From Pyrinomonadaceae bacterium (GTDB lineage Bacteria; Acidobacteriota; Blastocatellia; Pyrinomonadales; Pyrinomonadaceae), in NCBI GenBank assembly GCA_046313635.1, contig JBKBYA010000002.1, forward strand, positions 128,001-192,000: a stretch of 64,000 nucleotides of DNA, in the 5' to 3' direction. Every line of letters starts with the position of its first letter. The first letter of the stretch is position 1. The translations under genes and the position numbers were made by a program. Below are positions 46,712-57,256 of the stretch, one piece after another. The notes beneath the pieces are model-generated. The model made no database searches and was not told the origin of the DNA. It saw only the letters and a list, made by a program, of their open reading frames with translations.

Positions 46712-47392
46712 TGCAGAAGCCCGCGCGTAAGCAAGGGCGTAACATCCAACCTGGTCGCGTACGCTTCTCGTAAAACGCGCCGCATCCCGTAAAAAAATCT
46801 ATTCCTTTCTAAACTCGAACGGAATGTCTTCCTGACAATAAAGTACATAATCAACCGCCGCTTCGACGTGCCGCGGTTTCCACAAATACCGAGTGCTCGC
46901 GCCGCGGGACCAAACCTTTGCGCCGCTGTCGATCTGTAGGTCCTTTCGCAATTTTCTGGTCGAGTACGACTTGAATTCATTAACGATCTTTTCGGGCTTT
47001 ACCGCAGCCGAGACGACGGAATGAGTATGATTCGTCCTGACGTTCAAGGCTCTGAGTCCATAGCCGCGATGCGAACATACTTCTTTGATCGCCCCGGCCA
47101 CGATATCTCTTTGATTCGGATCGAGTGTGATCGCGTGTCGGCTCCTGGTCGCTGCCATCTCTTCGATGAACGGCTCACTTGGCTCAATTCCAGGTTCGCC
47201 GTATCTGTTAGTTCCGTGCCTTCCGACCGAACCTCGTTTGTCGCCGTGCAGCCATGTTCCGTAGGTTCGAAACGTAAGGAGATAGGCGATCGGGAACTCG
47301 TTCTCCTCGTAAACTTCGAAGCCGTGGTCGTCGAGCATGTCTCGGTACGTTTAGTTGGATGTTACGCCCTTGCTTACGCGCGGGCTTCTGCA
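46712..47392. mobile_element. REP-flanked RAYT/IS200-like element between pntA and pntB
   Basis: Perfect 39-bp inverted repeats at 46712-46750 and 47354-47392 (tgcagaagcccgcgcgtaagcaagggcgtaacatccaac) enclosing one Y1 transposase ORF; no target-site duplication seen. Confidence 0.9.
46799..47338 (-). CDS. HUH/Y1 tyrosine transposase (REP-associated, TnpA-REP-like)
   Basis: YLLTFRTYGTWLHGD, NHTH (HUH), FKSYST, VWSR, AVDYV..Q catalytic Tyr; 179 aa. Confidence 0.88.
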   Translation of the reverse strand: MLDDHGFEVYEENEFPIAYLLTFRTYGTWLHGDKRGSVGRHGTNRYGEPGIEPSEPFIEEMAATRSRHAITLDPNQRDIVAGAIKEVCSHRGYGLRALNVRTNHTHSVVSAAVKPEKIVNEFKSYSTRKLRKDLQIDSGAKVWSRGASTRYLWKPRHVEAAVDYVLYCQEDIPFEFRKE

Positions 47393-47495
47393 TTCACTCG
47401 GCCGCCGGATCCGCTAAATGCACAGCCATTTCGACTTCGTCTCTTGTCGTCAAGAGCCGGCACATGATTCCATTTTTTGTGATCCCACTGCCGCA

Positions 47496-49103
47496 TCACC
47501 TTCTAAACATCCCCAACATCCGATTCGTCACCAAAAATCCGCCGGCGATGTTGATCGCGGCGATGAGGACGGCGACGGCGCCGAGGATGGTGGTGAGATT
47601 GAGCGATGTGCCGGAGAGCTGGAGCATTCCGCCGATGAGGATGATGCCGCTGATGGCGTTGGTGACGCTCATGAGCGGCGTGTGAAGCGCGGGCTTCACA
47701 TTCCATACGACCTGCCAGCCGACAAAGCACGCGAGGATAAAGACCGTGAAGTGGCCGAGAAAACCAGAGCCTTCGGCGCCGGCCCCGCCGTTGGACGGCG
47801 CGATCAGGCCGATGCCGAGAAGTATCAATCCCGCGACGACAAGCAGCGTCGGGCTGACGCCCTGCGATTCGCCGTGACCGTGATTGCCGGACTTTGCGGC
47901 GGGCACGGCGGCTGAAGCGGCCGAGCTCTTGGTCGGCACGCCCGGTTCCGGCGGGGCCGGCGGCAGCGGCGGCGGCCAGAGAAGTTTGCCTTTGTCGAGA
48001 ACGATCGCTCCGCGAATGACCTCGTCGTCGAGATCTGCGTATAGATTACCTTCTTCGTCGCGGAGGTCCTCGATGAGCGCGGTGAGGGTCGCTCCGTATA
48101 GCTGGCTCGACATGCTCGCCATACGTGAGGGCAGATCGGTGTAGCCGATGATCGTCACGCCCTTGTGCTTGACGACGCGGCCGGGCTCGGTGAGGACGCA
48201 GTTGCCGCCTTGCTCGGCGGCGAGATCGACGATGACGGAGCCGGGCTTCATCGACTCAACCATTCCTTGCGTGATGAGCTTAGGCGCGGGCTTGCCGGGG
48301 ATGAGTGCGGTCGTGATGATGATATCGACCTCCATCGCCTGCTGGGCAAAGAGCGCCATCTCGGCACGGAGAAACGCGTCCGACATCTCTTTGGCGTAGC
48401 CGCCCTTGCCCTCGCCTTCCTCTTTGATGTCGAGCTCAAGGAACTGCGCGCCCATCGACGCGACCTGGTCCCGAGTCGCCGAACGCGGGTCGAATGCACG
48501 CACGATCGCCCCGAGGCCTTTTGCAGCGCCGATGGCCGAGAGCCCCGCCACGCCGGCGCCGATGACGAGCACCTTCGCCGGATCGATGCGGCCCGCGGCC
48601 GTGATCTGTCCGGTAAAGAAGCGAGGGAAGTGGGCCGCGGCTTCGACGACCGCTCGATAGCCCGCGATGTTGGCCATCGCCGAGAGCGTGTCCATCTTTT
48701 GCGCGCGTGTGATCCGCGGCACCGAGTCCATCGCAAAGGCCGTGACGCGGCGGCGGGCGAGGCGGTCGATCAGTTCGCGATTCTGTCCGGGCCAGAGAAA
48801 GCCGATAAGCCACGCTTCTTCTCTGATGAGGTCAGCCTCGTGCACGCCGAGCGCCGGATCGTGCTCGGGCGGGCGCACCTTCAGGACGAGGTCTGACTCG
48901 GCCCACAGCTGACGCGTGTCGGTGATCACTACCGCACCGGCTTCGCGATACTCCGAGTCGGATGCGTTTATGGCCTCGCCGGCACCGGATTCAACCAGGG
49001 CGTCAAAGCCAAGTTTTTTAAGCTTAAGGACGGTTTGAGGCGTCGCGGCGACGCGCTTTTCACCCGGGTGGATCTCTCGCGGGATCCCGATCTTGATTGT
49101 CAT
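47496..49103 (-). CDS. pntA: NAD(P) transhydrogenase subunit alpha (single chain)
   Basis: [55 protein letters not shown]. Confidence 0.98.
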   Translation of the reverse strand: MTIKIGIPREIHPGEKRVAATPQTVLKLKKLGFDALVESGAGEAINASDSEYREAGAVVITDTRQLWAESDLVLKVRPPEHDPALGVHEADLIREEAWLIGFLWPGQNRELIDRLARRRVTAFAMDSVPRITRAQKMDTLSAMANIAGYRAVVEAAAHFPRFFTGQITAAGRIDPAKVLVIGAGVAGLSAIGAAKGLGAIVRAFDPRSATRDQVASMGAQFLELDIKEEGEGKGGYAKEMSDAFLRAEMALFAQQAMEVDIIITTALIPGKPAPKLITQGMVESMKPGSVIVDLAAEQGGNCVLTEPGRVVKHKGVTIIGYTDLPSRMASMSSQLYGATLTALIEDLRDEEGNLYADLDDEVIRGAIVLDKGKLLWPPPLPPAPPEPGVPTKSSAASAAVPAAKSGNHGHGESQGVSPTLLVVAGLILLGIGLIAPSNGGAGAEGSGFLGHFTVFILACFVGWQVVWNVKPALHTPLMSVTNAISGIILIGGMLQLSGTSLNLTTILGAVAVLIAAINIAGGFLVTNRMLGMFRR

Positions 49104-49183
49104 CGGAATAAATATAGTTTAGTTCCAGGACGGCGGCAAACAACTCCTGATGCCGTCCGGTGTCGATAGTTCTGACCCCATTC

Positions 49184-49708
49184 CTACTGACCCGGCGGGA
49201 GCTTTTGGATCGTGATCATGATCAGCGGATCGTCGCCGGAAGTGCGGTTGTACATCAGCCAAAAGCCCGCTTTGGGGTACTTGACCATCTTGTATATCGA
49301 CCCGTCGGGCTTGGGCTCGACGTCCGCGCCAAAAACGTCCTTCGGCGTCGGAGCTCCTGCATCCGCGCCGACGTAATTGACCGAGATCGCTTTTACCATC
49401 TTGTTCTCGTAGAGGACCTGAACGGTCTCTTTGTCCGAAAAAACAAAGTAGTCCTCAAACTCCGAAGTGTCCCGCGCTTTGCCAAGCAGGCTGCGTGCGT
49501 CCGCCGCGGGCATGCCGATCTTGACGCCGCGGTAGCCGCTATAGACCGGCATCTCCGGCGTCGGCGTCGGAGCTGCCTCGGCCGCCATCGCGGCCCGCGT
49601 CGAGCTCGGCCCGGCCGGAGAGGCGTATAGAAACGAAGCGACCGCCGCGAGGGCGAACGCAAACCAGCCGAGATGCCTCAGGTAGTTTCGGTCTGTCCTG
49701 ATGAACAT
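49184..49708 (-). CDS. Secreted hypothetical protein
   Basis: SD GGAGG, hydrophobic N-terminus, PTPTP linker, YRGVKIGM domain start. Confidence 0.75.
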   Translation of the reverse strand: MFIRTDRNYLRHLGWFAFALAAVASFLYASPAGPSSTRAAMAAEAAPTPTPEMPVYSGYRGVKIGMPAADARSLLGKARDTSEFEDYFVFSDKETVQVLYENKMVKAISVNYVGADAGAPTPKDVFGADVEPKPDGSIYKMVKYPKAGFWLMYNRTSGDDPLIMITIQKLPPGQ

Positions 49709-49835
49709 ACAACGTTAACCTCCGATGATCGGTTGTGAAATAGGCACGAGGTCACGATGGCGTCAACAGCAAATGTCGTGCTCGTGAGCGCAGCCCGATT
49801 TTACTCGAATTTCGCAAGTGCCGCGCAGCAAACTC

Positions 49836-49869
49836 GCGTAAAATCACGCTCGAAGGCGTAAAATCACGC
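49836..49869. promoter_or_regulatory. Tandem 14-bp semi-palindromic repeats (candidate operator)
   Basis: GCGTAAAATCACGC at 49836 and 49856, 20 bp apart. Confidence 0.45.
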
Positions 49870-49905
49870 GCGCCTAAAGCCTCGGACCAGGCGTCGCCCG
49901 ACCGC

Positions 49906-49940
49906 AAAAAAAGGCGGCCCCGCGCATCCGCGAGGTCGCC
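49906..49940 (-). terminator. Intrinsic terminator after gcvPB
   Basis: Minus strand ggcgacctcgcg-gatg-cgcggggccgcc followed by T7. Confidence 0.75.
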
Positions 49941-49963
49941 ATTGAGGAGCTTAATCAGCTCGT

Positions 49964-51487
<1,524 letters not shown>

Positions 51488-51493
51488 AAAAAC

Positions 51494-52801
51494 TTATGCC
51501 TTCGGCAAACCTCTCTTGGCCACGTCGGCCACGACCTCGCAGAAGCGGTCGAGCTCCCACAGCGTCGTGTAAACGTTCGGCGTGATGCGGATGCCGGTAA
51601 ATTCGTCGTGCACGATCGGCGTCGTAAAAATGTGATGCTTCGACATCAGATAGCTGCCGAGCTTCACCGGGTCGACGCCGTCGATCTTGAAGTTGGCGAT
51701 CGCACAGGACTGCCGCGGATCGAACGACGTGTTAAAGCCGACCTTCGGCACGTCCTTGAGCCGATCCATCCAGTAGCGCGACAGATATCTCAAACGCTCT
51801 TCCTTTCGTTTGCCGCCGATCGCGTTATGAAACAGGATCGCTTCGCCGATCGCGAGCCGCATCGCGGCCGAATGCGTGCCGATCTCTTCGTACTTGCGTA
51901 TGTCGCCGCGATTCTTGTCCTCGCTGGCCATGAGCGCCCAGACCTTTGGGATCTTTTCCTTGCGGACGTAGAGCATTCCCGTGCCCTTCGGCGCGTAGAG
52001 CCATTTGTGCAGGGAAGTGCCGAAGTAATCGCAGCCGAGGTCGTCGCGTTTGAAATCGAACTGTGCGAAAGAATGTGCCCCGTCGACGATCGTCTCGATG
52101 CCGCGGGCCCGCGCCATCTCGCAGACCTTTTTGACGGGATTGATCTGGCCGGTGAGATTGATCTGATGCGATACGAGGATCAGCCGGGTCCGCGGCGTGA
52201 CCGCACGCTCGAATGCGGCGGCGATGTCATCGACATTCTGCGGAGCGATCGGGATCTTGATGAGTTTGAGCTTCAGCCCCTCGCGCAGCTCGCGCTGCTT
52301 GAGCGTCGTCAGCATTCGAGGGTAGTCCTGCGTCGTCGTCAGGATCTCGTCGCCCGCCTTGAGATCGAGGCCCATCAAGAGGATCTCCAGCGACTCGCTC
52401 GCGTTGCGCGTGATGGCGATCTCCTCGGCGTCGCAGCCGAAGAGCTCGGCGAGTCCCGTTCGGATCGTCTCGGACTGCGGCTCGAGGATCTGCCACATCG
52501 TGTACGCGGTCGCGTCCTCCTGCTGCCACGTGTAGCGAACGAACGCTTCGGTCACCATCCGCGGGCTCGGACTGACGCCGCCGTTGTTGAGATTGATGAT
52601 GCCGCGCGTTACGGAGAATGCCTGCTGGATCGTCGCCCAGTAGTCCTCGTCGGCCGCGGCCTCGAGCGGCGAGAGGTGCGCGACCTTTCGGCCGGCTGCC
52701 TGTACGTTTTCAAAGAGCGAAGCGACGGTCGCCGAAGCCAAGGTCATCAGGCCGAGGCCCTTGGCCGCGGAATTGAGAAATGTCCTTCGGTCAACACTCA
52801 T
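51494..52801 (-). CDS. Class V PLP-dependent aminotransferase-fold enzyme with a Tat signal
   Basis: DRRTFL twin-arginine signal; LNNGGVSP, RNASE, VDGAH, TSLHKWL (PLP Lys), GTH. Confidence 0.88.
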   Translation of the reverse strand: MSVDRRTFLNSAAKGLGLMTLASATVASLFENVQAAGRKVAHLSPLEAAADEDYWATIQQAFSVTRGIINLNNGGVSPSPRMVTEAFVRYTWQQEDATAYTMWQILEPQSETIRTGLAELFGCDAEEIAITRNASESLEILLMGLDLKAGDEILTTTQDYPRMLTTLKQRELREGLKLKLIKIPIAPQNVDDIAAAFERAVTPRTRLILVSHQINLTGQINPVKKVCEMARARGIETIVDGAHSFAQFDFKRDDLGCDYFGTSLHKWLYAPKGTGMLYVRKEKIPKVWALMASEDKNRGDIRKYEEIGTHSAAMRLAIGEAILFHNAIGGKRKEERLRYLSRYWMDRLKDVPKVGFNTSFDPRQSCAIANFKIDGVDPVKLGSYLMSKHHIFTTPIVHDEFTGIRITPNVYTTLWELDRFCEVVADVAKRGLPKA

Positions 52802-52810
52802 CAAGATACT

Positions 52811-52872
52811 CGACAGACTATCGACTGCATTTTGAGATTCAGTGGATAGTTGGAAGTTTGAAGTTGATAGTG
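52811..52872. repeat. Degenerate opposed heptamer arrays (AGTTGAT-type)
   Basis: agtggat agttgga agtttga agttgat agtgg (52841-52873) faces gacagactatcgact. Confidence 0.45.
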
Positions 52873-52880
52873 GTGCGGTC

Positions 52881-54212
52881 TCAACTATTCAAACCCGACA
52901 CAAGATCGTCTATCTGGCCCTTTGACGTCGTCTCGGTCACGCAGACCAGGAACTCGTTTGCGCGGCCCGGGTAGTACTTCGACAACGCCAAGCCGCCGAT
53001 GATGCCCTTGTCGCGGAGCGACGCGAGAATGTCGTTTGACGACCGCGGGCCGCGGACGACGAACTCATTGAATGTCGGCGACGAAAAGACGATCTCGTAA
53101 CCGTCAACGCCGGCGATCCGCTGCTTTGCGTAAGCGGCCTTTTGCGCGTTCTGCAGCGCCACTTCCTGCAGACCTTTCTTGCCCATCGCTTCCATATAGA
53201 TGGTCGCGGCGAGAGCGATCAGGCCCTGGTTGGTGCAGATGTTTGACGTCGCTTTTTCGCGGCGTATGTGCTGCTCGCGGGTCGAGAGCGTCAACACGAA
53301 TCCGCGCTTGCCGTTCTTGTCGTAGGCCACGCCGGCGAGGCGGCCGGGCATCTGGCGAACATACTTTTCTTTGGTCGCAAAGAGGCCGACGTGCGGGCCG
53401 CCAAAGCTCATCGGGATGCCGAACGACTGGCCTTCGCCGACGACGATATCGGCGCCGCATTCGCCCGGAGTCTTGAGCAGGCCGAGCGAGATCGCTTCGG
53501 TGACGACGACGACGAAAAGAGCTCCGACGGCGTGCGCCTTTTCGGCGAGCGACGTGAGGTCCTCGATGCAGCCGAAGAAGTTTGGCGACTGCACGACAAG
53601 CGCGGCGGTCTTGTCGTCGAGCGCCGAGAGATCGCCGACGCGTCCCGTCGCGTTGTCGAAGGCAGCGGTCACGATCTCGGTATCGCCGTGCTGCGTGTAG
53701 GTCGCGGCGACCTCGCGATACTCGGGATGGACCGACTCGACGACGACTATACGGTCGCGCCGCGTTACGCGCTGCGCCATCAAGTATGCCTCGGCCATCG
53801 CGGTCGAACCGTCGTACATCGACGCGTTCGCGACCTCCATTCCGGTGAGCTGGCAGACGAGCGTCTGAAACTCGAAGATGTACTGCAGCGTGCCCTGCGA
53901 GATCTCGGGCTGATACGGCGTGTACGAGGTAAAGAACTCGGAACGCTGGATCAGGTGATCGACGATCGTCGGCGAGTAGTGCGAGTAAACGCCCGCGCCG
54001 AGAAACGAAGTCTTGCCGACCGCCGTATTCTTTGCAGCCATCGCTTCCATCTCGGCGATCACTTCTGGTTCTGCGAGCGGGTCGGTTACGTTCAGCGGGC
54101 GGTCGAGCTGGACCGCTTCGGGGATGGACCGGAAAAGATCCTTTTCCGACGTGAGCCCGACAGCGGCGAGCATTTCTTTACGCTCCTCGGGCGAGTTTGG
54201 AATGTACCTCAT
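52881..54212 (-). CDS. gcvPA: Glycine dehydrogenase (decarboxylating) subunit 1
   Basis: MRYIP, FLGAGVY, YTPYQPEISQG, NASMYDG, REQHIRREKATSNICTNQ. Confidence 0.97.
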   Translation of the reverse strand: MRYIPNSPEERKEMLAAVGLTSEKDLFRSIPEAVQLDRPLNVTDPLAEPEVIAEMEAMAAKNTAVGKTSFLGAGVYSHYSPTIVDHLIQRSEFFTSYTPYQPEISQGTLQYIFEFQTLVCQLTGMEVANASMYDGSTAMAEAYLMAQRVTRRDRIVVVESVHPEYREVAATYTQHGDTEIVTAAFDNATGRVGDLSALDDKTAALVVQSPNFFGCIEDLTSLAEKAHAVGALFVVVVTEAISLGLLKTPGECGADIVVGEGQSFGIPMSFGGPHVGLFATKEKYVRQMPGRLAGVAYDKNGKRGFVLTLSTREQHIRREKATSNICTNQGLIALAATIYMEAMGKKGLQEVALQNAQKAAYAKQRIAGVDGYEIVFSSPTFNEFVVRGPRSSNDILASLRDKGIIGGLALSKYYPGRANEFLVCVTETTSKGQIDDLVSGLNS

Positions 54213-54290
54213 TTTCGATTTCCGATTTTCGATTTGCGATCGTCGAGCCGGATCCGCGCAATCGCAAATCGCAAGTCGAAAATCGCAAAT
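54213..54290. repeat. Inverted heptamer arrays (CGATTTK / AAATCGC) between gcvH and gcvPA
   Basis: tttcgatttccgattttcgatttgcgat faces atcgcaaatcgcaagtcgaaaatcgcaaat. Confidence 0.8.
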
Positions 54291-54296
54291 AAAAGG

Positions 54297-54686
54297 CTAA
54301 GAATTAGCCGCCAGATACTCTTCGTACTCCACGGCCGTGAGTAGGGCGTCGGCCGCGCCGGCATTGTCCATACGGACCTTGACCATCCAGCCGGAGCCGT
54401 ACGGGTCGGAGTTGACGGCTTCGGGCGTGTCGTTGAGCGCTTCGTTGACCTCGACGACCTCGCCGGCGACCGGCGTAAAGATCTCTGATACGGCCTTGAC
54501 CGACTCGACCGATCCAAACGCCTCATGAGCGCCAAACCTGTCGCCGACGCGAGGCATATCGATGTAAACGACGTCGCCCAGCGAAGATTGTGCATAGTCG
54601 GTGATCCCGATCGTGGCGACGTCGCCCTCGACGGCGACCCACTCGTGGTCCTTTGTGTAACGCAGATTTTCTGGAATGTTAGACAT
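54297..54686 (-). CDS. gcvH: Glycine cleavage system H protein
   Basis: YTKDHEW, GITDYAQ, VESVKA lipoyl Lys, NSDPYGSGW. Confidence 0.98.
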   Translation of the reverse strand: MSNIPENLRYTKDHEWVAVEGDVATIGITDYAQSSLGDVVYIDMPRVGDRFGAHEAFGSVESVKAVSEIFTPVAGEVVEVNEALNDTPEAVNSDPYGSGWMVKVRMDNAGAADALLTAVEYEEYLAANS

Positions 54687-54806
54687 AGATTTGTTCGATA
54701 CCTGTTTCGAAGTTCGCCTGTCTGAGGCGGGAAAATTGACGCGAGAAGCTTTTGGCCGCGTGTCTCAGCCGTCACGACAAAACGCTTGCGATCTGCGGTC
54801 GAGGCG

Positions 54807-55925
54807 CTACTTGTCGCGTTTGTAAAAAGGCGTCGGCACGACGACCGCGCTCAGCATCTTGCCCCTTACGTCGATTTTAATTTCCTGCCCTGCATTTGCA
54901 AATTCGACCGGCACGAAGGCAAGGCCGATGTTCTTTTTCAGGAACGGCGCCGGGCTGCCCGAGGTAACCTGGCCGACCTTTTTGTCGCCTGCGTAAACGT
55001 CGCAGCCGTCGCGGGCGATGCCCTTGTCGGTCATCTCAAAGCCGACGAGCTTGCGCGTAAGGCCGGCCTCTTTTTGCTTTTTCAAAACGTCCGAGCCGAT
55101 AAAGTCGCCCTTCTGCAGCTTGACGATCCACCCGAGGTTTGCCTCGAGCGGCGAGATGTCGTCGCCGAGCTCATGACCGTAGAGCGACATCGCGGCCTCG
55201 AGCCGCAGCGTGTTGCGCGCCGCGAGGCCCGCGGGCAGTATCCCGCCCTCGCTGCCAAGGCCGCCTGTCTCGAGCATCTTGTTCCAGAGCTGCACGGCCT
55301 TGTCCGCCGCGGCGTAAACTTCAAAACCGTCCTCGCCGGTGTAACCCGTCCGCGAGATGATCGACTCGACGTCGTCCACGCGGCCGGTAGTGAAGTGGTA
55401 ATACTTGATCGATGAGAGGTCAGTCTCCGTCAGCTTTTGCAAGATGTCGATCGCGTTCGGACCCTGAATGGCGATCTGGCAATAGTCGGCGCTGACGTTC
55501 GTCAACGCGACGTCCTCGCCCTCCCGTTTGTGAGACGTGACCCAATCCCAATCCTTCTCGGTCGTGCCGGCGTTGACGACGAGCAAAAGCTTTTCCGGCC
55601 CGAAGCGGTAGACGAGCAGATCGTCTACGACGCCGCCTCTCTCGTTGGTCATCGCCGAATAGTGTGCCTGGCCGTCGACGAGCTTGGTCACGTCGTTGGT
55701 CGTCAGGCGATTGACGAAGGCGATCGCGTCGCGGCCCTCGACCCAGAATTCGCCCATGTGCGAGACGTCGAAAAGCCCGGCGGCCGTCCGCGTGCGCAGA
55801 TGCTCTTCGATCACTCCGGCCGGGTACTGCACGGGCATATCCCACCCGCCGAAATTGACCATTTTGCCGCCCAGATCGCGGTGGACCTGGTTCAGCGGGG
55901 TCTGCTTAAGCTCTTCAGAGGACAT
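54807..55925 (-). CDS. gcvT: Glycine cleavage system aminomethyltransferase T
   Basis: FGGWDMPVQY, GLFDVSHMGE, SRTGYTGEDGFE, GLAARNTLRLEA. Start ATG 55925. Confidence 0.98.
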   Translation of the reverse strand: MSSEELKQTPLNQVHRDLGGKMVNFGGWDMPVQYPAGVIEEHLRTRTAAGLFDVSHMGEFWVEGRDAIAFVNRLTTNDVTKLVDGQAHYSAMTNERGGVVDDLLVYRFGPEKLLLVVNAGTTEKDWDWVTSHKREGEDVALTNVSADYCQIAIQGPNAIDILQKLTETDLSSIKYYHFTTGRVDDVESIISRTGYTGEDGFEVYAAADKAVQLWNKMLETGGLGSEGGILPAGLAARNTLRLEAAMSLYGHELGDDISPLEANLGWIVKLQKGDFIGSDVLKKQKEAGLTRKLVGFEMTDKGIARDGCDVYAGDKKVGQVTSGSPAPFLKKNIGLAFVPVEFANAGQEIKIDVRGKMLSAVVVPTPFYKRDK

Positions 55926-55947
55926 AGATAAGGAAGTGCGAAAAGTG

Positions 55948-55976
55948 AAGTTATCACGCTGAAAATACAGAGTCAA
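55948..55976 (-). promoter_or_regulatory. Sigma70-type promoter for the gcv operon
   Basis: TTGACT, 17-bp spacer ending TGa, TAACTT (extended -10). Confidence 0.6.
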
Positions 55977-56015
55977 AAAACTGCTCCGAGAGCTCCGTTC
56001 GCCATCGTCGCATAC

Positions 56016-56043
56016 AAAAACGGCGGCCTTCCGTGACCGCCGT
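56016..56043 (-). terminator. Intrinsic terminator upstream of the gcv promoter
   Basis: Minus strand acggcggtc-loop-ggccgccgt followed by TTTT. Confidence 0.6.
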
Positions 56044-56072
56044 CACCGCTGTTTGCGGGGTGGCTCAGCGCG

Positions 56073-56648
56073 TCATTTATCTTTTGGCTCGGCGGGAAGT
56101 TTGGCGGCGGCGTCGATCACCTGTTCGCACGATTCGATCGCGTCGATGATCACGCCCTTTTCGCGCTCGTCTTTGGATCGCTCGAGAAGGGTTTTAAAGA
56201 CCGGCAGATAGCGCCTCGACGAAGCGGCGAGCGAACGGACGGCGGCGGGGAAGCGCTGGGCGTCGCGCTTTTTCTGCTTTTCGGTGCGGTCCTTGTCGAG
56301 AGAGTAGTCGGTCGGGTGCTCGAACGAGTTGTCGATGTCGTCGATAGCCTTTTGGATCAGCCGGCGAATATCGTCGAGCAGCTCGAGCCGCGTACCGGAC
56401 GGAGCGGGCCCCCATTTTTCGGATTCTTTAATGGGCTTTGGATTCGCGGTATCCGTCTTGAGCGCCGTGAAGCGGCGCTCGATCATCGCGGTCAAGACCT
56501 CGATGCGCTCGTCGATGTCCTGCGCGTCGCGGACGAGCTCGATCTCCTCCTCGGTCATATAATCGCGGCGCTGGCCGGCGGCGCGGTCGGATAGAGAGGT
56601 CATCAGCCCCAGCATCAAGAGCCCGATACAGAAGATCTTGGTACGCAT
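56073..56648 (-). CDS. Secreted helical hypothetical protein
   Basis: Signal peptide from ATG 56648; RDYMTEEEIELVRDAQDIDERI. Confidence 0.75.
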   Translation of the reverse strand: MRTKIFCIGLLMLGLMTSLSDRAAGQRRDYMTEEEIELVRDAQDIDERIEVLTAMIERRFTALKTDTANPKPIKESEKWGPAPSGTRLELLDDIRRLIQKAIDDIDNSFEHPTDYSLDKDRTEKQKKRDAQRFPAAVRSLAASSRRYLPVFKTLLERSKDEREKGVIIDAIESCEQVIDAAAKLPAEPKDK

Positions 56649-56674
56649 AATTTGGATGATAAAGAAACGTGACG

Positions 56675-57256
56675 TCATCCCGGCTGGCCGGCATCGCCGA
56701 AGAGCGGCTCGAGCGAGCGCCGGCGTGCTTCGCTGACGTACTTTTGCAGACTGACGATGTAGGACTCGAACCGGGCGGGCATCTGCCGCCGCAGGCCTTC
56801 GAGCCTGGGAACAAATCCGCGCAGGCCGATCTCGAAACGTTTGAGCGAGCTGAGCCGCCGCGAATCGGGATACGAGCGAAGTAAGAAATCGAGATTGTTA
56901 TCCACCAGTCCCTGAAAGCCGCCGAGCTCGGCAAATGCGAGCGCGAAGTTCTCGTCGGTGCTGTACTTCTCGGCAGACTTAAGCCGGGCGTCCATCAGGC
57001 CGATCGCGATGTTGGTGCGTTCCCTGACGTCGCGTTTGGAGTTGAGCATCTCCTTTTCGCTCTTTGAGAGCATCTTGAGCGGCGGCGGCTCGACATCGAT
57101 ATCGTTGATCTGCGCGCCGGCGAACGACGAGCAAAACACGAAGAGCAGCGCGACACCAAAAAGCCGCGCCGCCCGGCCGAGCGGCCCGGCGGCCGAGTTC
57201 TGCTGACGAGTTGATATTGGGACGTGTCTAGCCGGCACTGCCTTTTCCCTTCGCAT
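56675..57256 (-). CDS. Secreted helical hypothetical protein
   Basis: Hydrophobic signal (LFGVALLFVFCSSFAGA), helical body. Start uncertain. Confidence 0.7.
   Translation of the reverse strand: MRREKAVPARHVPISTRQQNSAAGPLGRAARLFGVALLFVFCSSFAGAQINDIDVEPPPLKMLSKSEKEMLNSKRDVRERTNIAIGLMDARLKSAEKYSTDENFALAFAELGGFQGLVDNNLDFLLRSYPDSRRLSSLKRFEIGLRGFVPRLEGLRRQMPARFESYIVSLQKYVSEARRRSLEPLFGDAGQPG

Noticed and set aside
46799..47338. IS605-type element with tnpB and omega RNA
   Set aside because: No TnpB/IscB ORF nearby; only a Y1 transposase with symmetric REP ends.
55926..56070. Glycine riboswitch upstream of gcvT
   Set aside because: No GGAGA..CCGAAG..CTCTCAGG pattern, and the predicted promoter leaves a leader of only about 15 nt.
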